Shown one piece after another: positions 36,421-49,454 of a DNA stretch of 64,000 nt (positions are counted from its first letter, which is position 1; the number at the start of each line of letters is the position of its first letter). Position numbers and translations under genes: made by a program. The stretch comes from Narcine bancroftii (Eukaryota). The DNA lies in NCBI RefSeq assembly GCF_036971445.1, contig NC_091469.1:460598001-460662000 (forward strand), in the 5' to 3' direction. The notes beneath the pieces were generated by a model. The model saw nothing but the letters and a program-made list of their open reading frames with translations, was not told where the DNA came from and ran no database searches.

Positions 36421-37989
36421 ACAGGCTGATATTAATATGGAGAGAACATACAAATTCCTTTCAGGCAGCAATGGATTGTTGACCAAAAGGGCTTGTGCTA
36501 TGCGGTATGTCTGCATTTATTAAAAATTTACTGTCAATTTGTTTTTAATAGCAAAACAATGGTGAGCCCTACCCTAACATAGAAAATAGAATATAGAACA
36601 TTACACCACAGTACAGGCCTTCTAGCCCACAATCTTCTGCAGTGTTCAAATTTTTTTAGGCTTTTACAGCTAATTCTTAACAAATTAATTATGGGTCCAT
36701 CATTCCCATGGCTCAGGTATCCCCAATCATATGTTATCATTGTGCAATCTGGACATTCCCAATAAAACCTGCCACAGGAAAGGTTAACATTAAGTTGATG
36801 TATGAACAACTCAGTTGGCCCTGTGGTCTGAGCTTGTTGTTTCATTTCTCAAGTAACTGCATCCTGCTTGAGAACTGGTGAGACCATCTGCTGAGGAGAG
36901 AGGTCCAGGCTCACCTGCGCTAATGGTTTGCTGTGGCCAGCAGCTTGGAATAAGCTAACTTGCAGTACCATTGGAATCGCTGGCCGACCTTGCGGAATGT
37001 GTCATGAGCGATGCATGCCGCGAGCCTTCTAAGGCGATTGCTAGCTGCCTTTTTAACCACATTCCACACCTACAAGAAACGTGTGCTTCACTTCCTGAGA
37101 AGAATATAGACGTTAATTTGGCTGTCCTGTTTTCCACAAGGATCTGCATTGATGAACTAAATCAATCAGCTGTTTTTTTTTCTCACCATGATATTTTTGT
37201 AAGAATCAAAGGGAAGGAACCTTAACTTCCTGCAGGTTTAGCTGTCTTTATTGATTTCTATAGATCTAGTCAGTTTTAACTGCAAAACCCACCTCCATAA
37301 ACTAGACAGACATTCAAGCACCTGTCCGTTCCTGTGCAATTCAACAGGTGTGAGGCTCTTTGTGCTGCCTTGAAATGGAAAGGGACCTGTCAACAGCATC
37401 ACCATTGTGGTATAATTGTACTTAATCTAACATGTTCCCCATAGCCAATTTGTGATGGAAAGTTAAACAAAACACCGAAGGAACTTGGTAGAATTTTAAT
37501 AGATATTGCAATGGTGACCTGACTCATCTTAGATTGAAACTAAACACACTCTACTGAAGGAACACAGCAGGATCAGTGGGGGAAAGAGAACGGTCGATGC
37601 TGACCCTTTATTGAGACTGGGAAAATGTAGTGAGCAGTAAGATGAAAAGCTTTCTTTTATTTGCTGAAGTGAATGCAGGTCTAACAATACCCAAGATAAC
37701 CATAGAACCATCGAAATAACGTACAAAATTATATTGCCATTCTTTAATACTGGATTAGTGAACTCCCTCTCCAAAAGTTTTCCATTCATCAGAAGGACTG
37801 CAGCAGTTTTTAAAGAAATTTGGGTCACTGTGAAATTCTCAACGGCAATAAGGAATTTGCATTAAATGTTGACCTTGTCAGTGATATCCAATAATGAATT
37901 AAAAATGAATAAGCAGTAAAGCAAAAACAAAACTGGAGCAGGCCATCTATTCTCTCAAGCCTATTGAATAAGATCAACCTTACAGAAGA

Positions 37990-38290
37990 ACTTTGCCAAC
38001 ACCTGGTAATTGTGGTGAGATATGCATCCCATCACGGCCTATGAAACAAAGTCAGGAAGAATCAAAGACAATAGCATGCCCCTCGCTGATCAGTTCTATG
38101 CATTCTAAGGCCTCTGTATTAACATCTGGTTTGATAGTTTCATGTGCATCTGCATCCAAGGTCACTCAAGGCCTTCCTAAGAGTGAACCCATGAGGGATG
38201 GAGTCCCTGGCTGTGTCCTGTGAACATGCACAAACCAGTGGGAGGGAGTATTCACTGACACTTTTAACCTTTCCCTGGTGTATGGTAATA
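37990..38290 (+). mobile_element. Rex-Babar ORF fragment
   Basis: DGVPGCVL*TCTNQ..GVFTDTFNLSL reading. Confidence 0.65.
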
Positions 38291-38309
38291 TTTCAAGGAT
38301 TATTCTTTT

Positions 38310-41300
38310 AGGACCTACCTGACCTCCTCTGCCTCTCTTTATCCCCAATCGGTTCTACCCTCACCCTCATCATCCTGTCCTTTACAGTATGTATAGAACA
38401 CCTTAGAATTTCCTTAGTCCTACTTGCCAAAGAAATCTCGAGCCCTCCTAAGTCCTTTCTTAAGTTCCTTCCTGCCAAAAATATAATTTTTATTAGTGCC
38501 TCCGGACTTTCGCTTTCAAAGCATTATAAATGCTTTATTCTTCTCCTAGCTGCCCCACCTCTCGTGCCATACCTGGCCCCTTTACCTAACCATCCTTTCC
38601 CTGTCTCAGTGGGACAAACCCATCCAGGATCCTGGTCTCTAAACATTTCCGATGTGCATTTTCCTGAGGACATCTCTTCCCAATCTATTCTCCCTAGCTT
38701 CTGCCTCATCCCTTTGCGACTTGACCTTCCCAATTAACAATTTTACCATTTCATCTACACGTATCCTTGTCCATAGCTATGCCAAAGCTATGTGGTCACT
38801 GTCACTGAAATGCTCACCCCCCAAGAAGAATGTTTGCTGGCCACCTCCATTACCCAGTAGTAGATCCAGTACAGCTTCTCCTCCATTCAGCCTGTGTCAG
38901 GAATCCTTCATGGGCACACCTGACAAGTTTTTTTTCCCCATCTGAACTCATTGCACTAAAGGTGCCAGTCAATATTAAGGAGGTTGAAGTCTCCCATAAC
39001 AACATCTTGTTTTTATTTTTGCGCCATTCTAAAATTTGCCAACATATCTGCTCCCCGGTGTCCTGGTAATTATTGGGGGCTTACATAATGCTCCCAGTTG
39101 ATTGATTGCTCCCTTCCTGTTTCTGACTTCCACCCACAATGACTCAATAGAAAATCCTTCCACTACTTCATCCTTTTCTGCAGCTCACTCTATTCCTGAT
39201 TAGCAATTTATTCCACGATCTCTCACTCTTTTCTCTATCCTTTTTGAATATATATCAGCCTATCCTGTCATTTTCGTCTGTGATGGGCTCATCATTGTAA
39301 TTCTGTGTACTGATCCATGCTCTCAATTCATCGCCCTCATTCACATATTTCAACCCATCCAACTGACGATATTCATGCTCCATCCACTGCCTGTCCTTCC
39401 CCAAAGTCTCTTACTTTTTCCACTTACTGCACCATCATCTGACCTAACACTCAGGTTCACATTCCCCTGCCTATCTAGTTCAAACCCTCCCCGACACTTT
39501 GAGCAAACCTACCTGCCGATGGGCTCTTGGTTCCTGCCAATATTCAGGTGTCTGCCGTCCAGATCGCAAATGATCCAAAAATTTAATCCCCTGTGTCCTG
39601 CACCAAATCTCCAACCATGGATTCATATGCCATAACCTCCTATGCTTGCCCTCACTGCTGCCTGGAACAAGCAGCAGTCCAGTGCTTACCACTCTTGATG
39701 TCTGTTGTGAGTGAATAAACAGGTTTGGTAGGCCTCAAAGGCAAGGACACTGAACACAGTTTTGATATAGGGAAGGATTTTATTTACAGAAGGCAAGTGT
39801 GGGAAAANNNNNNNNNNNNNNNNNNNNNNNNNNNNNNNNNNNNNNNNNNNNNNNNNNNNNNNNNNNNNNNNNNNNNNNNNNNNNNNNNNNNNNNNNNNNN
39901 NNNNNNNNNNNNNNNNNNNNNNNNNNNNNNNNNNNNNNNNNNNNNNNNNNNNNNNNNNNNNNNNNAGTGAAAATTCACAAGGATGCACCGTCAGCCCTTG
40001 ACTCAGTTCAGGCACGGCTCTGTGCTACAAGGGACACTAATTAAATGCTTCCAACCTTTTTAACAGATCACATCTGACCAACAGTTTCTCCAGTATGCTT
40101 TTACATTTCTAGGCCTGGAGTGGGGCAAAAAGAGAGATCAAAGAGCACATGGCACCTTATTAGTGCTGGAAGAACATGCCCACATCATTTACTGGGGGCC
40201 AATAGTTCAGTGGCAGGAGGATTAATCTAATTATGACAACCAATGGCCCAAGGCCAAGTACAGGCAGGTTGGAGAGTGCAGTCCAGGTAATTTACATGTG
40301 CCCAACAGCAAGGTGTGCACTAATGGGTGGGGCGGAACCAAACCTTGATTGGCAGCTAGTGCGTCCTCTGACTAGTTAGGGGGCAGCCATAACCCTTCCC
40401 AATACAAGGCCCTGCTCTTCAGCTTCCTTCCTCACTTATTTTCCAGGACCTCACTGTTTGCCTATCAATGTCATTGGTACCAACAAGTGCCATGACCTCT
40501 GGCTGCTCATTCTCTCTCTCAAAAATACCATAGACATGATTAGAGATGTCTCTGACCCTGGCACCTGAGAGGCCACATACCATCTAAAAGTTTAGATCTT
40601 TCTCATGGAAGTTCCTGTCTGTTAAACTAACCAATAAATCAAATCAAGCCACCTTCTTTATTTTTCATTCAAACCATACTCACATGGCAAAGACAAAATA
40701 ACATTTGTCCAGGACCACAGAGCATATTTACATAATATTAAAATATTAAGAAAAAGTCCATGGTTCACTGTCCACCTATATTTTGGGAATTCAAGAGCCT
40801 GATGGCTTGGGGGTAAAAAAAAACTGTTGCCCAATTATCATCACTAAGGTTCGCCTCCCCTCGACCCTTCCCTTCTGAGCCACAGAGGCATACTCTGTGC
40901 CAGAGACCTGGACACCATTGCTTTTCTCTGATAGGTCATTTCCCCCCACACCTTCAAACGGTATGCTTGTTATTGATGGGGAATGTCCCTGGGGTTCCTT
41001 CAACTAACTGCTCATCCCCTTTACCTTTCCTGATTGTCACCCAGCTACCTGACTCCTACCTCCGAGGTGTGCAGTGTCAGCGTCAGAACAAGTCTAATCG
41101 AGGTGGGGGGGTATTAGGGTAACCGCGGGGGGGGGGGGGGGGGTGGGCACAAACTGATGTTCGAAAACTCAGTCAGCCAGGGATGGGGAGGTGAGGCAGC
41201 AGGTGCCATACCTGCCATGAACCTCTTCTATTAGTGGCTGTCATATTTCCCCTTCCCTCTGACATAACAAATGAGCATGCTTATAGCAGATAGAGACAAA

Positions 41301-41600
41301 ACAATGTGATGCCAGTGCTGTAGGTGGGTGGGGGGGGGTGCACAATAACTTGTTTGGAGGGGCATAGCCCATGAATGACACTCCCCCCACCCATGATGCT
41401 GAGCCTGGAGGTGGGACTGCCCCTCGATAACCTGCCTATCTCCCCTTCAGGCTCTCGAATGATCCTGAGTTCAACCAGCTCCAGTTCCCCAACATGTTCC
41501 TTTGGGAGCTGCAGCTGGATGAACTTCTCTCAGGTAAAGTCATTAGAGATATTATGCTGTTCCATATCTGATAAGATATCACCTAACTTGCTGCCATTCC
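38310..41600 (-). mobile_element. CR1 LINE 5' half (ORF1 with esterase domain and ORF2 endonuclease), fragmented, spans the gap
   Basis: MNPWLEIWCRTQGIKFLDH (esterase-like); VGGNDLSE...VAQKG; IQLQL..EHVGELEL..ELRIIRE; GDFN and SDH endonuclease motifs near 38.8-39.0 kb. Confidence 0.7.
39808..39965. other. Assembly gap (158 N)
   Basis: Run of N. Confidence 1.
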
Positions 41601-41759
41601 CACTGCTCACTCTATGCAATACATTTTTTTTTTCATTCAAATTAAGAAGGGAAAGATTTGATTACTAAGTTATGTTGGAGCCATGTGGAAATTTGTATTA
41701 TTATCCTATTTTCATTATGCATATTAGTAGATTAGTAACATGAGTAAAATTTGGATTTA

Positions 41760-42635
41760 GTACCATAGAACATGACAGCACAGAAACAATCGCCTTCGGC
41801 CCTTCCAGTCTGTGCCAAACCATTTTTTGCCTAGTCCCACAGACCTACACCCAGTCCATAGCCCTCCATACCTCTCCCATTCATGTACGTGTCCAAATTC
41901 TTCTTAAATATAAAAATTGAGCCCGCATTTACCACTCTGTGTGAAGAAGTACCCCCACATGCTCTCCCCAAACTTGTACCTTTTCACTCTTAATCCATGT
42001 CTTCTGGTTTGTATCTCACCTACTCTCAGTGGAAAAAAAAAAGTCTAGTTACTCTGTCTATCCCCCTCATAATTTTAAATACCTCAATCAAATTTCCTCT
42101 CATTCTTCAACAGACCAGGGAATAAATCCTAACCTGTTCAATATTGCCCTGTAATTCAGTTCCTTAAGTCCAGACAACATACTAATAAATCTTCTCTGCA
42201 TCCTTTCTATCTTATTGATATCTTTCCTGTAGTTAGGTGACCAAAACTGCACACAATACTCCAAATTTGGTATCACCAATGTCTTATACACCTTTAACAT
42301 AACATCACAATTGCGGTACCCAAGATTTTGTTTTATGAAGGCCAATATGCCAAAATCTCTCTTTACAACCCTATTGATCTGTGACATCACTTTCAGGGAA
42401 TTATTTAGCTGTATTCCCTGATCAACCTGTCCTACCACACTCTTCAGAACCTTACAATTTACAGTGTAGGTCCTTTCCTGGTTTGACCTTCCAAAATATA
42501 ACACCTCACATTTGTCAACATTAAATTCCATCTGCCATTTTTCAGCCCACTTTAAAAAATCTGATCCAGATCCCTCTGCAAGTTGAAAACCTTCTTTGCT
42601 GCCCACACACCTCCAATCTTAGTGCCATCTGCAAT
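41760..42635 (-). mobile_element. CR1 LINE 3' part
   Basis: ORF 42100-42606: WQMEFNVDKCEVL...YKTLVIPNLEYCVQFWSP; 3' tail. Confidence 0.9.
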
Positions 42636-43399
42636 TATTTATCAATTCTTTGCTGAGTCAAGAGGGCTATTTCCACTCATTCCACTAATTGAGGAATAGT
42701 TACGTTCCCTTGCTGGGCGCTGCTTTATGAACAATGATATAATGAATCTCTGCTTTATCCCCAGATCCTCCTCCATCTCTCTGCTGCCTATAATTTGCCT
42801 GAAAACTTTTTTTTAGCTTTGAGTTTGAGACAAGCCTTCCATATTCCTTCCTCTGTAAATCTGAGCTCATCTCAGACATTGTACCCTGCTCTCTAACTTG
42901 GATCAAACCCAATTCAGTCATTGCTCCTTTGCCTGATGACTGTAATGGATTATAATATTGGGAGAATTTTGGTAAGATTAGTGCATTACATACATACACA
43001 CGTTTTAAAACAAATCTTATTTGAAAGACTAGAGAATTCATATTCGATAACATTGCAGGATTTCTGGAGAATGTGATGCACATTTCACAAGTAGGTGCTA
43101 ATTGAACTGATGTCATAAAATGAATGGACTGGAGACACTCTGGGCTATTGGAAGGTCTTTTCAAGGGGTTTGACAGAGCACACAGAAAGGTCACTCCTGT
43201 GTTTTGCTTATCTAAGATAACATCTTGACCCAGAAGCAGAACTCTTATTCTTATTCCAAGAGAAACATCAGACAGAGAGGACTTCCAGCCATCCACTGCT
43301 CTGAAAATTTCTGTTTCCAGCAGAAACTTAAAACTTTCCTATCATGTTCCTATCATGTAGATATGACCTATTTTTGTGATCTCCTGTCATATTTTGTCT

Positions 43400-43805
43400 A
43401 TGTCAAGTATACAAAACCATGATGTGCAACATATCATTGTAAATTCGTTTTCTGCATTCTTCTCTGCTGTCTTCATTGCCGTCAGTGCGAACATGGACAT
43501 CATGGAAATGCAGAATCCAGGCAACTGGAATTCATCAGTTCTGACTAACTATTGTTGGACACTGACAGGAGAGGCATCAGAAGCTGAGAATAAATGAAAA
43601 TCAGTAGCAAGCATTTTTAGGTCAGTTGAATACAATGAATTAGCGTCATCGTACAACTAAATATGCTAAATTCAATAAAAGTTAATTTAATGTGATACAG
43701 CAAATCTGAAATTAGCTTTGTGTTCAACTTGACATTGTCTATCATAATCCCCAACAGTGTTTCAGGAAGCAAACCTTTTGAAAAATAATTGTTGTAGGAT
43801 AATGT
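43400..43805 (+). mobile_element. DNA transposon 3' remnant (probably Chapaev-3)
   Basis: MEMQNPGNWNSSVLTNYCWTLTGEASEAE; homologous over ~350 bp to 62900-63330. Confidence 0.6.
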
Positions 43806-44249
43806 GGCTCCCAAGTAAGCAAGACACAAACTTCAATGTTTTCAACCTTGTTCTTTGAACCCTTTTTGTAATCATTGCCTTTTGTGGTCTCTGTCATCTC
43901 TTCCAGTTTTGAAATCTTGTTCAACTATGGCGGATGTGGCTCAAAACTGTTTGGAATTCTTTCCCTAAAACTCGTTGCCTCTCTCCCACATCTTTCTTCT
44001 CAAAGATGCTCCAGAACATCTATTCCTTACACGTTTATCCTAACACCTCCTTTCAAGTTCAATGTCAAATATGTGTCTTTATCTCACTGCTTTAAAGAAC
44101 TTTAGAAAATTTCACAGTATGGGACATGCTACTTTTGCTGTCAAAAGCTTGCTTCTTGCACTTTGAATTCAGATGATGTCATCCAAGTGTATGCATCACA
44201 TTTGGAGTGGCCAGTCAGGCTCATTGATTTTATTAAAATGTTCTTGTGA

Positions 44250-47200
44250 TGTGATAGTACAGATTCTATCACTGATGTATATATGTATATATTGTAATAT
44301 AGGATGGCTATGATTGGCTGAGAGTGTAGCCACACCTACTGGCAGGTCTTAAATGATTGCTCCTAGCCAGATCCAGATCATTCTGGACTGGTCGACCTAC
44401 ATGTCATATGCTCCAATATTTTGTTAATAAAAGCCTTGGTTTTGATCAACAAGTCTTTGATTCTTTCGATGTGCACTAAAATAAAATTATTAACAAAAAC
44501 TTTTATTGGGATGGAGCGTATGCTGTGACCGGAACACCTTAACATTGACCCGCAGTCAGCTACTGCCCCAAATGACTTCAAGCACTGGGTGAGGTGGCTC
44601 GAGGCTTAGCTACAGCCCTCTGACTCTGCCGTGGTGGAGGACAGCCATCGACTGCTAGTATTGATGTCTATGGTGTCCCCAAGGGTCTACGAGAACATCC
44701 AGGATGCAGCCACCTACACAGCAGCCATGAAGGTGCTGAAAGGACTCTACGAGCGACCATTAAACAGGGTCTACGACCAGTAAACAGGGTCTACGCCCAG
44801 TACAAGCTAGCGACCAGGAGGCAACTGCCTGGTGAGTCCTGTAGAGCTTACCACCAAGCACTAAGGTTACTGGGCAGAGCCTGTGGCTGCACAGACAGAA
44901 CTGCAGCTGAGATCACCGATGATCTCATTCGGGATGCTTATATGGCTGGGGTCCGATCGAATGAGGTGAGGCAGTGCCTGCTAGATCAAGGGGGAGAAAA
45001 CCTAGAGGAAGCGACCCGGATCGTAGAGACAGTCTTAAGTATGGACACTTACTCTTCATGCCATGAAGTGAGTAGGATGCCTGCTCTTAACCCTACTACA
45101 TTCAAACATCTCTTCATCAGAGCTCTCATTCAATGAAAGTGAGGACTCAATCGCGCAGCAGCGTCTCACATCACTGTGCAGGCGCCGCACACGGAAGGGA
45201 CACTCCACCTTCGCTGCAATGACGTTGGCCCACTTGGACCACCCACTCGAAGCAACGGCCACGCAGGCCCCGGCCCCGACCCCACTAACGGCCGCCCCAC
45301 CTCCGACTCAAGTTCGGCTGCCCCAGCTTCAGCTCCAACCTCAGTGATGGTCATCTCAGCTCTGACTCTGGTGATGACCGCCCCAGCTCTGATCCCGGCC
45401 CTGACTTCAGCAACTGCTGCTGCCAACCAGGAACCTGCTGCCTCCACTACCACCGCCACTGATGCTGCCAACCAGGTACCCACTGCCGCTACTGATGCCA
45501 CTGACCAGGTACCCACTGCCGCTACCGCCGCTGACTGCCCAACCAACTGTCCCACCGCCGGCTGCAAGCAGCAGCCCCAGCCATTCGCCACCAACAGCTC
45601 CAGCCCGACTGCTCCAGTGACGTCATCACGCACACGTAGTGCATTTCAGGCCCAATACTGAGTGATGACATCATGCAAGACTTCACACAGGTCGCTGCAT
45701 CATTGACCCAGGACCAGAACTTCTCCCACCCCCTCACAAAACGATGGAACTGATTAAAGTGCACGGACACTGTACTAATTGCTTATTTGACTCGAGGTCA
45801 ACTGAGAGTTTTATCTGTCTTGACCTGGCCCGCTGTTGCGGACTGGTCATCCTCCCCACTGACCAAAAGATTTCATTGGTGACCAGATCACACTCGACTG
45901 GGATAAAGGGGTATTGTGTGGTGACCCTGAAAGTCCAGGGCATTACATTTACTGATTTTTAACTGTTAGTCCTCCCTCAACTGTGCGCACCAGTATTGCT
46001 GGGACTGGATTTTCAGTGCCAGTTCTGAATCTTTTCCCTGCACTATTGGGGGGCCCCACTCCCCACTCTCTGTCTGTAACCATTCCACCCTGAAGACCTC
46101 CTGCCAGCGACAGCCCACACCACCATCGCCCGTGCCCCACTTGTAGCCTCTCCACCCTCCGGTTGCTCCTCCAGCACTCTTCGCAAACCTCACCCCTGGC
46201 TGGAAACCAGTGGCCACCAAAAGCCGGCAGTATAGTTGCAAAGACAGGAAATTCATCACAAGCGAGGTGCGCAGACTGCTGGACGAGGTTATTATCGAAC
46301 CCAGCTCAAGTCCCTGGAGGGCCCAGGTGGTAGTTGTTAAAAATGGGGAGAAGCTGCGGATGGTGGTTGACTACAGTCAGACAGTCAACTGCCTCACGCT
46401 TCTGGACGCGTAACCCCTTCCATGGATCACAGATGTGATGAATCAGATCACCCAATACCGTGTGTTCTCCACCATTGACCTATCACCAGCTCCCGATCCG
46501 CCAAAAAGACCGACCTTTCGTGGTCTTCGGAGTGAACGGGCAGCTACACCAATTCCTCAGGGTCCTTTTGGGGTCACAAATGGCGTCGCGGTATTCCAGT
46601 GGGAAATGGACCAGATGGTAGACCAGAACGGGCTAACAGCTACTTTCCTGTACCTGAAAAACATCACCATCTGCGGCTATGACATGCAGGATCTTGATGC
46701 CAACCTCGAGAAATTTTTTCAGACAGCGATTTGGCTGAACTTAACCTACAATTTCGACAAGTGTGTCTTCCAGACCACTCAGCTCGCAATTCTAGGTTGC
46801 ATGGTGGAGAACAGGGTGGTAATGCCGGACCCTGACCGCATGCATCCATACTTTCATGGACCTGCCACCACCCCCACACCCAAAGGCACTCATACGCTGC
46901 CTGGACTTCTTTTCGTACTACGCCCAATGGGTTCCACACGATGCCGACACGGCATGCCCACTTATCAAGACCACCTCCTTCCCCCTGTCAACCGAAACCA
47001 GAGTGGCCTTTGACCACATCAAATTGGACATCGCCGCTGCAACACATCACGCCATCGACGAGTCCATTCCGTTCCAAGTAGAGACTGATGCATCCACCTA
47101 GAACCAGGCCGGGCAGCCAGTAGCCTTCTTCTCCAGGACCCTACAGAGTCCAGAGAGCCAACACTCCTCTGTCAAGAAGGAGGCCCAGGCCATAGTCAAA

Positions 47201-48855
47201 GCGGTACGTCATTGGAGGTACTACCTCATTGGGAGGTGCTTTACACTGCTGACCGACCAACGCGCGGTCTCGTTCATGTTTATCAGCACCCACCAAGGTA
47301 AGATTAAGAACGACAAGGTCGCTAGGTGGAGAATCGAACTCTCCACCTTCAATCATGTCATATTGTACCAGCCTGGTAAGCTCAACGACCCGCCAGATGC
47401 GCTCTCCAGGGGGACTTGCGCCAACATACAACTGGACAGGTTGCAGAGTTTCCACGAGCAGCTCTGTCATCCAGGGGTCACTAGGTTTGTGCACTTCATT
47501 AAGGCCCACAACCTGCCCTACATGGTCAAGGAGATTTGTTCCATGACCCAAGCCTGCCCGGTGTGTACTGAGTGCAAGCCCCACTTCTTCCACCCAGAGA
47601 ACACCGACGTCATCAAAGCCACCCGGCCATTTGAACGTCTAAGAGAGGACTTCAAGGGGCACCTACTGTCGACCAACCGTAACACCTACATTCTTTTGGA
47701 GATCGACGAGTACTCTCACTTCCCGTTCACTGTGCCCTGCTCAGACATGACTGCCTCCTCAGTCATAGAGGCCTTGCAGAACATCTTCGGCATCTTCGAG
47801 TATCCCGGTTACATCCATGGTGTCCGGGGGTCCTCGTTTATGAACGCTGAGCTGCGGCAGTACCTCCTGGAGCATGGTATTGCTTCGAGCAGGACCACCA
47901 GCTGTAACCCATGCAGTTATTGGCAGATCGAACAAGAGAATGCCACCATCTGGAAAACGATCACACTTTCCCTCCGGTCCAAAGGCCTCCCCACCGTTCG
48001 CTGGCAGGACGTCCTCACTAGCGCCCTACATTCCATCCACTCCCTCCTATGCACCGCGACGAATGCCACTCCCCATGAAAGGATGTTCTCTTTCCCAAGG
48101 AGATCCAAATCGGGAACAATCACGCCAGCGTGGCTCAAGGTTCCTGGACCTGTCCTCCTGCGGCACCATGTCTGGTACTCAAAAATGACCCTCTGATTGA
48201 CCGGGTGACGCTACTCCATGCGAACCCACATGATGCATACATTGAGTACCTGGATGGGTGGGAGGACATGGTCTCTGTAAGGGACCTAGCCCAAGCCAGA
48301 TTGGACCCGGCATCGCTCCCAACCCAACTTCCTCCAAATCCTTCACCCCTAGGTCACATGCTTGAATAGAGGAATCAGCACCACCCCAACAGCGTTATTA
48401 GCAACAACTCGGGCCAGCCTGTTGACAACACCATTGGGGAATTGAGCGAGGCGGTGTACGCACCCAACAATCCCGCCAGTGACACGACTCCAGTGGCCCC
48501 AATCCCAGCACCACAGTGGTCGTTCCGGACGATCAGGCTGTTACAGACCCTAACCTCCCACCAGTCTTTCTCTCTCCCCCCCCCCTTTTTTTACAGTCCC
48601 TCCATTCAGTTCTCAAAGGTGTGAATGTGATAGTATGGATTCTCTCACTGATGTATATATGTGTATATTGTAGTATAGGATGACTGTGATTGGCTGAGAC
48701 CGTAGTCATGCCTACTGGCAGGTCTTAAAGGGTTGCTCCTAGCCAGATCCAGATCATTCTGGACTGGTCGACCTACATGTGATATGCTCCAGTCTTTTGT
48801 TAATAAAAGCCTTGGTTCGGATCAACAAATCTTTGATTTTTTGACATGCACTACA
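44250..48855 (+). mobile_element. Gypsy LTR retrotransposon B, full-length but decayed
   Basis: LTRs 44250-44480 and 48626-48855 (about 24 substitutions and 1 indel by eye, ~10%); perfect 5-bp TSD TGTGA; gag from ATG 44511; LFDS protease; RMVVDYSQT RT; VETDAS RNase H; H-H-C-C integrase in ORF 47276-48196. Confidence 0.95.
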
Positions 48856-48860
48856 TGTGA

Positions 48861-49454
48861 TTGATAGCTGTTTGTGTTATAACATGATACTCTAATGTGG
48901 CCCCTCCAGTGGGAAGCTGGTTGGAAGCTACCATATTTGTTAGTCAAGGTTTCGACCAGCCACACTGTGAACTCACCTTGCCACTTGCTCCTAGTTTGGG
49001 GATATCTAGGCTGCTGTACTGATCACTAGGGGGTGTAAAAGCCCAATATGAGGAGCAGCTGGGTCTCTTTTCCCTGATAAATGAACCTGAGTTCCACTTG
49101 CTGTAGACTCAATCCCAAAGTGTGTGCCAGTAATGGGAGGGTGGGCTTATTGTGGTGCACACTAACAGCCCTGTATTATCTTCCAATTAATCAGTGCCAT
49201 ACCTGCACTGGGTATAGAGGAGTGATGGATACTGTTGTTCTGTCTTTCTTCTATCGAATATTTTACAGGGTTTGTAGGGGTTATCATTTTAGATGCGACT
49301 GCATTGCTTCTGCCTTGTCTGAGTGAGTGAGTGACTGAGTGAGTGGTCCCTGTGGCAACTTTTCCGTGGCATGCAAATAAAACCCTTTTGTTACAATCAA
49401 TCTGTGTCCACACTTGTTGCTTCTCAGACCTGCAGAACTTGTTCCTCACTCACA
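48861..49454 (+). mobile_element. Possible LTR-like repeat
   Basis: TAAAAG box, AATAAAA at ~49377 and a TCACA end; no TSD found. Confidence 0.35.

Noticed and set aside
36915-37069. Internal protein-coding exon
   Set aside because: Stops in all three frames; kept only as a non-coding candidate.
39686-40044. ORFs spanning X residues
   Set aside because: Artefacts of the N gap.
42700-43296. 198-aa minus-strand ORF as a host gene
   Set aside because: No recognisable domain or convincing splice structure; likely a chance ORF.
45166-45661. Ala/Thr-rich ORFs as mucin- or antifreeze-like genes
   Set aside because: They lie inside Gypsy B between gag and protease and are low-complexity spacer.
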